From a virus, in UHGV virus genome UHGV-1882326: a stretch of DNA of 64,000 bases. One strand, 5' to 3'. This document shows, in pieces, positions 58,850-64,000 of the stretch. The position numbers and the translations under genes are program-made. The notes under the pieces were generated by a model. That model made no database searches. It was not told where the DNA came from and saw only the letters and a list, made by a program, of their open reading frames with translations. Within the stretch, counting starts at the first letter, position 1; every line of letters starts with the position of its first letter.

Positions 58850-59359
58850 TTACCAGAAAGAGGATATATTTTTACCTCTTCCTACACTTCTACATTGTAT
58901 TCCTTGTTTCTGCATACCTTCAATAAACCATTTCTTTAATTCACCTTTGTTTAACTGTTCAATCAACGGTGTCCAAGCATCTCTTGGTTTATTCCACCAA
59001 CCATATCCAAATAAATCACCACCAAGACCTTGATATATAATTCCAGTTAATTCATCTCTTACATCACCATAAGTAGTATATAAACTACCATGTTGGAACA
59101 TTTCTGGATTATAAGACATAAAAGTAGGGTCTTGGGATAAAATCCCAGACCCACCTTGTCTTGTTTTTTGTGATTTTGTTTGCCAACTTTCCAGAAATTC
59201 ATATGTTCTTTCATATTCTTCTGGTATATGTGCATATACAATCTGATTGATTAAATGCTTATAATTCACCAATATTTGTTGCATTACATATTCAACAGCT
59301 TTAGAAACTGGTTCATTGTACAAGGAATAAAACTCACCTGCATTTTTAGCATAAGCCAT
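58850..59359 (-). CDS. hypothetical protein (169 aa)
   Basis: ORF. Confidence 0.3.
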   Translation of the reverse strand: MAYAKNAGEFYSLYNEPVSKAVEYVMQQILVNYKHLINQIVYAHIPEEYERTYEFLESWQTKSQKTRQGGSGILSQDPTFMSYNPEMFQHGSLYTTYGDVRDELTGIIYQGLGGDLFGYGWWNKPRDAWTPLIEQLNKGELKKWFIEGMQKQGIQCRSVGRGKNISSFW

Positions 59360-59368
59360 TTTACCTTA

Positions 59369-59881
59369 TCACTTCTTTCCAAATGCTTCTACTAACTTTT
59401 TACTGTCTGCTAACATGTCCTCAATCTGTTTATTGTTAGGCATTTTCTTAGCATATTTATCTAAAGTCTTATTCAATTGTTCTAAAAATTTATTCACGTT
59501 GGTTCTGATTGATAATTCATCTTCTACATAATCATCAATCTCACTAACGTTAAATATATTATAATCCACAACGTCAATAATTCCAGATTTAACAAGCATA
59601 TCATAATCTTTAACAATTCCCTCTGGAATATCAGTCATTAATTTAATAAGCATTGTATTTTTAACAACATTTCTTTCAACAGCATTTGAACATTTTAACA
59701 TATTATTTCCAATAAGTTCAACCTGTTCTGGGGTTAAATACTGTTTTACCGTATATTTTTCACCTTTTTCGTCCTCAGTATAAGGAATTGTTACCACTTT
59801 TTCTTTTAATTCAACCATTTCATTCCGTCCTTTCGTTTCGTTCCATAATCTATGTACAAAGGGTGCAACGAAACGTAACAC
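59369..59881 (-). CDS. hypothetical protein (170 aa; possible tail assembly chaperone)
   Basis: Position upstream of TMP region. Confidence 0.3.
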   Translation of the reverse strand: MLRFVAPFVHRLWNETKGRNEMVELKEKVVTIPYTEDEKGEKYTVKQYLTPEQVELIGNNMLKCSNAVERNVVKNTMLIKLMTDIPEGIVKDYDMLVKSGIIDVVDYNIFNVSEIDDYVEDELSIRTNVNKFLEQLNKTLDKYAKKMPNNKQIEDMLADSKKLVEAFGKK

Positions 59882-59944
59882 CCTTTTTAAAATTTACCCT
59901 ACCAATTTATCATGTAAACCATTCAAATCAGTGTTACCCTATTT

Positions 59945-60214
59945 CTACTTATCTGTAACCACTTTCTTTGCAACTTGGTCTACCCATGTGGAAGCCATTC
60001 CAGACACAATACCAATGGCAATAGCTGTCATAATATCATCAGCAGGAAAATCAACCATATATCTATAACCTAAAACACCTGCAATTCCACCAATCAGTCC
60101 AACAATCGGCAGAATCTTATTATTATCTAACTTAGTATAATTTTTAACAAACTGCCCTGCAAGATAAGCAATAACTACAATTACAGGTACACTTACAATT
60201 CCGAAATCTGGCAT
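59945..60214 (-). CDS. holin-like two/three-TM small membrane protein (89 aa)
   Basis: Hydrophobic helices IVSVPVIVVIAYLAG, ILPIVGLIGGIAGVLGY, IMTAIAIGIVSGMAS with charged C-terminal tail KKVVTDK. Confidence 0.4.
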   Translation of the reverse strand: MPDFGIVSVPVIVVIAYLAGQFVKNYTKLDNNKILPIVGLIGGIAGVLGYRYMVDFPADDIMTAIAIGIVSGMASTWVDQVAKKVVTDK

Positions 60215-60229
60215 AATATCAAATCCTTT

Positions 60230-60610
60230 CTATTTGAATCCATATTTAGTTGCTAATATATATCCTACAAAAGATATTGCAATAATTATTGTAGGGAAAT
60301 TTTTCTTTATGTATTCCATAATATTAAAATTAGATTCGTCTTTAATTTTATTAAAATCTGTCTTAATATCGTTTACTTGAAGTTTAACGTCTGAAACGTC
60401 ACTTTGTAAAGAAATCATTGTAATTTTAATATCTTGAATAGTTTCATTCAATGCTTTATTAGTTTTTACAACTTCCTCAGATAAATTCTGAATAAATTTA
60501 TGACTTTCTTGAAGTCTGGTAATATCTTGTGTATGTTCATCTACTTTTAACTTAACTTCTCTTAAATCCTCTTTAATTTCATGTGCTGTCATATCTTCCA
60601 CAAATCTCAC
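60230..60610 (-). CDS. XhlA-like protein (coiled-coil N-terminus plus C-terminal TM), phage lysis-associated
   Basis: Long coiled coil followed by a single TM PTIIIAISFVGYILATKYGF; organisation like PBSX XhlA-XhlB. Confidence 0.35.
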   Translation of the reverse strand: MRFVEDMTAHEIKEDLREVKLKVDEHTQDITRLQESHKFIQNLSEEVVKTNKALNETIQDIKITMISLQSDVSDVKLQVNDIKTDFNKIKDESNFNIMEYIKKNFPTIIIAISFVGYILATKYGFK

Positions 60611-60668
60611 CTACTTTACCATAAAATACCCTTCTTTCTTTTTTATCCGTCCATTCATTTCATTCCAA

Positions 60669-61043
60669 TTAATCACCACAAAGGTTAGCAAATACAATAC
60701 CAGTAATTGCTCTCAAATCAGCCTTATTCAAAGTTCCAATATAGTTCTTAAACCTTGACTTATCCACAGCACGAATTTGTTCAGCACAAGCAACGCTATC
60801 ATCTACAAGAAATTTATTTTTTTCTTTAGATAATGTATAGTGTGTAAGCAAATCTTCTCTTTTAACTTTAGAAGTTAAAGGTACTATGATTATGGTAGGG
60901 CTATAAAAATTTCCAGTATCATTCTGTAAAATTAATACTGGTCTTACTCCGCCTTGTTCTGAACCTTGGGTATTCCTTAAATCAGCATAATAAACTTCCC
61001 CTCTTTTGAATGTTCTTGCGTTATTGTTTATTGTTGTAAACAT
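60669..61043 (-). CDS. mazF: MazF/PemK-family type II toxin (mRNA interferase) homologue
   Basis: RGEVYYADLRNTQGSEQGGVRPVLILQND...TIIIVPLTSKVK aligns with the MazF core (GDLIWVDFDPTKGSEQAGHRPAVVLS...CVPCTT). C-terminal DDSVACAEQIRAVDKSRF matches the MazF ALADQVKSIAWRAR region. Confidence 0.7.
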   Translation of the reverse strand: MFTTINNNARTFKRGEVYYADLRNTQGSEQGGVRPVLILQNDTGNFYSPTIIIVPLTSKVKREDLLTHYTLSKEKNKFLVDDSVACAEQIRAVDKSRFKNYIGTLNKADLRAITGIVFANLCGD

Positions 61044-61125
61044 ATTCAGTTCTCCTTATGTACTATATTTTTATATAACTTTCATATAATATATATAGCA
61101 CTTTTTATTTACAAAGTCAATACTT

Positions 61126-61473
61126 TTATTTACCATAACCCTTATTTTTATTAATACCATACCCATTTTTTGTCTTATATAAAGTAACATATTTAGGTAC
61201 AAAATTAAAAGGATTTTTCAATGTAATCACCATATTGTTCTCAACTTCAATATACAATTCGCCTTTCTTTTCAAAACGAACCCTTGAAGCCTTTTCTGGA
61301 ACAATATATTCACTTTTTAACCTACAAGTATCTTGACTTGGTAATGGTTTCCAACAATCTGATATATTGCACCAACGAACAAAAGGACAAATATTACCAT
61401 TTTGTCTTTTACATAAAACCCTATTTCTATTATCTACTTTACCAATATATGAATCTGGACACAAAATAATCAC
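61126..61473 (-). CDS. hypothetical Cys-rich protein (115 aa) upstream of mazF
   Basis: ILCPDS...LCKRQNGNICPFVRWCNISDCW. Confidence 0.35.
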   Translation of the reverse strand: MIILCPDSYIGKVDNRNRVLCKRQNGNICPFVRWCNISDCWKPLPSQDTCRLKSEYIVPEKASRVRFEKKGELYIEVENNMVITLKNPFNFVPKYVTLYKTKNGYGINKNKGYGK

Positions 61474-61496
61474 TTCCTTTACAACAAAATTTAAAA

Positions 61497-61531
61497 TATG
61501 TAAAATGCGTAGAGCATATCACCCTACGCAT
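61497..61531 (-). terminator. rho-independent terminator after the Ig-domain structural gene
   Basis: ATGCGTAG-loop-CTACGCAT with T-rich tract on the minus strand. Confidence 0.5.
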
Positions 61532-61555
61532 ATAGATACAAACTAGTAACAGAGA

Positions 61556-62602
61556 TTAGCCAACAGTTACATTAGCATAACCTTCTACTGCTGTATTCTT
61601 AGTGAGAACAGCATGGATAGTAGTTGTACCAGTTGCTACACCCTCTACTTCACCAGTTGCATCATCCACTTTAGCAGTACCAGCAGCACCACTTGTAAAA
61701 GTAACAGCAGTTGGGTCTACTAACTTAGGTAAAGCATTTCTGATAAGAGCATAAACCTTAATAGTTTCTTTTTCACTTACTTGTAAATCAATATCAGCCG
61801 GAGTTAAAGCCAATGCGTAAGCGTCATTCTCCCACTGAGCAGTAGACAGAATTTCCTTAATAGTACCATAGATAGCTTCATCACTACAGCTAGAGGTTTC
61901 AGCAGATGCCAGAGCAGAACCATTAAGAGGCGTATTAGCCGCACCAGTCATACTCATAGAGATTTCCTGTGAGCCGTTTAACATTAAACGTGGAATGTCA
62001 ATCTGAACCTCGCCAACTTTAGTAGTAGACGCTTCATTTGGATTAGTGCTACTACCTGCAAACAGAGTACCAGTCATTACAGCATGAACGGTAGCAGGAA
62101 TAAAGTTAGCACCTACTGTCAGCACTCTCATAGAATCGTTGTTTACTACATACTTAACGCAATAAACATCACCAGACATAGCACCTGCAACAGTGATAAT
62201 CTTATTGTTGAAAGTACCTTTAACCCATGTAGAGCCATTAGGCTTTTTGTACCAACCAATAGTACCAAAGTTACCAAATGCTACAGGAGTACCACTTACG
62301 GTAATCTGTCCTGCGTCTGTTACAGTAACTTCCTCAGAAGTTAAAGCACTACCACCAATCGCAATATCAGAACCAATGTTCTTTGCGATAAATTCAAGAC
62401 GGAACATTACATCAGTAAGAGTTATGTCCATTGTAGAAGAATGTGCATATTTGCCATACAGTTTTGCACCTTGTCCACCACGAATATCTTCAAGAGATAC
62501 ATCAAAACTAAAAGTAGAATCTGTTAAAGTTTTTGCAGTAGCAAACAGTTCATCGCCTACAAAAAGGTCAACATTTGCTACACCAGCTAAAAAAGCATCC
62601 AT
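61556..62602 (-). CDS. putative major tail protein with C-terminal bacterial Ig-like (Big_2) domain
   Basis: C-terminal roughly 90 aa (TAVTFTSGAAGTAKVDDATGEVEGVATGTTTIHAVL...ANVTVG) is Big_2-like as in lambda gpV-type tail tube proteins. A capsid decoration function is not excluded. Confidence 0.4.
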   Translation of the reverse strand: MDAFLAGVANVDLFVGDELFATAKTLTDSTFSFDVSLEDIRGGQGAKLYGKYAHSSTMDITLTDVMFRLEFIAKNIGSDIAIGGSALTSEEVTVTDAGQITVSGTPVAFGNFGTIGWYKKPNGSTWVKGTFNNKIITVAGAMSGDVYCVKYVVNNDSMRVLTVGANFIPATVHAVMTGTLFAGSSTNPNEASTTKVGEVQIDIPRLMLNGSQEISMSMTGAANTPLNGSALASAETSSCSDEAIYGTIKEILSTAQWENDAYALALTPADIDLQVSEKETIKVYALIRNALPKLVDPTAVTFTSGAAGTAKVDDATGEVEGVATGTTTIHAVLTKNTAVEGYANVTVG

Positions 62603-62689
62603 TTATATTACTCCTTTCATATTTCAAACATTTTTTATATTTCAGACATTTGTGAACTACCCATCAGCTAAAGCTAATGGGATTTCTGA

Positions 62690-63490
62690 TTATATTTTTT
62701 TAAATCCTTGTCCAATATTCTTTTTATTTACAAAAGCATCTGCATATTTGCCTTTCTTATTCTTATATGCAAAATGCTCTATAGGCTTTTTAAACTTTCC
62801 ACCATTTGCTTCAAAATTCTTGTTCACAACGTAATCAATCTGTTCAACAACAGCATTAAACAAAGACGTAAAACTATAAAAAGTCATTTCAAGCAAATCT
62901 TTCTTTAACATGCCGTTATGTGCTGAAACAATAGATATTTTTCTTTCTAATGTTATAGGTTCTTTATTCTTATTCACCAAACTATAATATTCATCAACAG
63001 CTTTCTTATAATCTGGATTTAAATCTCTTTCATCTTCATAATCATAGATATTCTGATATTGTATAATTTGAATTATATTATCAAAATCCTTATAATCTAT
63101 AATCACGTCATTTATTTCAAGAATAAATTTACCTTTTTCATTAATCTTGATTTTGAACTGTTCTTCAATTTTATTAAGTCCAAAACATAATTCTATAATT
63201 CTGACAAATTGCCAATATCTCATAGAATGTTTTTCAACTTTTCCAAACAAATCTTGTCCTAAAACCATTTGCAAAAGAAATTGTAAATAAGAACTCTGAA
63301 TGATTTCTATATCTTCAAATGTGTTTTTATCTATTGTAAGCACGTTATAACAGTTTACAAAATCGTTAGCTTCTTTTAACTTAACTGGATATAATAATAT
63401 TACTTGTTTATGTCTAGTAACATAAGGGATAGGTTTGTCCATTTCAATATAGTTCTGATAAGGTGTTATATCAAACTTCATTAAACACAC
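62690..63490 (-). CDS. hypothetical protein (266 aa)
   Basis: ORF. Confidence 0.3.
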   Translation of the reverse strand: MCLMKFDITPYQNYIEMDKPIPYVTRHKQVILLYPVKLKEANDFVNCYNVLTIDKNTFEDIEIIQSSYLQFLLQMVLGQDLFGKVEKHSMRYWQFVRIIELCFGLNKIEEQFKIKINEKGKFILEINDVIIDYKDFDNIIQIIQYQNIYDYEDERDLNPDYKKAVDEYYSLVNKNKEPITLERKISIVSAHNGMLKKDLLEMTFYSFTSLFNAVVEQIDYVVNKNFEANGGKFKKPIEHFAYKNKKGKYADAFVNKKNIGQGFKKI

Positions 63491-63996
63491 CCCTCACTTA
63501 TACTACCAATCTGAACAGCCATAAATATACTTGCACCATTGTAGTTTCTTGTATTATTTAAAGCCGCCCTAGACCTACAATACTGTGATAGTTCTGCATT
63601 AAACTGAAATTGTCCAACACCGTCCATAGCATAAGAACCATTAAGTGTTTTCATAATTTCAGTTTCCATAACATCAGCCCTATTACAAGGAATACCATTA
63701 TATTCCACAATAGCAATTTTGTCCCCAAATAAAACATCAAATTCATACACAACAGTACATAAATAAGGGTTTATTGGATAACTGTCATACTTAAAACATT
63801 TTAATATGGTTGTTGCGTCATATTGCATGTTTTCAACTAAAGGATTTAAAAATATCCTATATTTTTGTTGTTGGTCTTGATTTTTATAAATCATTCCCAT
63901 TTTTTCCTCGAATGTAAGATTAGGTTTACTTAAACAATCATAAGTGCCATACTTAAGAAGTTTAAATATATTTTCATTATTTTGAGCCAATGTCAT
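63481..63996 (-). CDS. hypothetical protein (171 aa)
   Basis: ORF. Confidence 0.3.
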   Translation of the reverse strand: MTLAQNNENIFKLLKYGTYDCLSKPNLTFEEKMGMIYKNQDQQQKYRIFLNPLVENMQYDATTILKCFKYDSYPINPYLCTVVYEFDVLFGDKIAIVEYNGIPCNRADVMETEIMKTLNGSYAMDGVGQFQFNAELSQYCRSRAALNNTRNYNGASIFMAVQIGSISEGCV

Positions 63997-64000
63997 TATA

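Noticed and set aside
59945-60610. Calling the XhlA-like/holin-like pair the primary lysis cassette
   Set aside because: No adjacent endolysin. The clear endolysin with two small TM proteins is at 37657..39052. Family assignment of the 89-aa and 126-aa proteins rests only on topology and size.
1-64000. CRISPR array, rRNA or tRNA genes
   Set aside because: There are no regularly spaced direct repeats with unique spacers. No T-loop-like GTTCGAATC/GGTTCGA motifs or cloverleaf candidates were seen by eye. A tRNAscan run would be the proper check.

Overview
This 64-kb window is a low-GC (about 30%) contiguous stretch of a large tailed-phage or prophage genome, probably infecting an anaerobic Firmicute (Clostridia-like) host. 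The host inference rests on an anaerobic class III ribonucleotide reductase (NrdD/NrdG), an NlpC/P60 endolysin with choline-binding-type cell-wall repeats, and a SleB-like cortex-lytic hydrolase.

Coordinates 1 to 33000 are almost entirely plus-strand and hold early and replication genes:
- A DUF262 ParB-like nuclease-fold protein (1639..2865).
- ArdC anti-restriction protein (4793..5626).
- A sigma-70-family sigma factor (7357..7932).
- A XerD-like tyrosine recombinase (9035..9838).
- An SSB-like protein next to a Sak4-like ATPase (11577..13782).
- DnaB-like helicase, DnaG-like primase, RecJ-like exonuclease, PolIII-alpha-like polymerase and a RecD-like helicase.
- NrdD and NrdG.
These genes are driven by many consensus sigma-A-type promoters (TTGACA, 17-bp spacer, TATAAT-like). 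A sub-family shares the extended motif GTGG-TATATT-ATAACCAT.

Coordinates 33000 to 37500 form a mosaic accessory region with two orphan N6-adenine methyltransferases, Zn-ribbon proteins and a dUTPase carrying an N-terminal extension.

Coordinates 37600 to 64000 are minus-strand. They hold a lysis cassette, an island of IS4-family transposase plus lipoprotein plus XRE regulator, and a long tail module (receptor-binding and tail-fibre proteins, tail-collar protein, 1553-aa tape measure, putative Ig-domain major tail protein). Inserted within the tail module are a RuvC-like resolvase, an XhlA/holin-like pair and an orphan MazF/PemK-family toxin.

The non-coding segments that stand out are two iteron-rich regions flanking ardC, a duplicated roughly 90-bp sRNA-like module, recurring ACAATT/AATTGT palindromes, a 450-bp ORF-free GC-elevated segment, and a structured nrdD leader. 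I found no CRISPR array, tRNA or rRNA.

All calls are from reading the sequence and recognising motifs. No database search was run.
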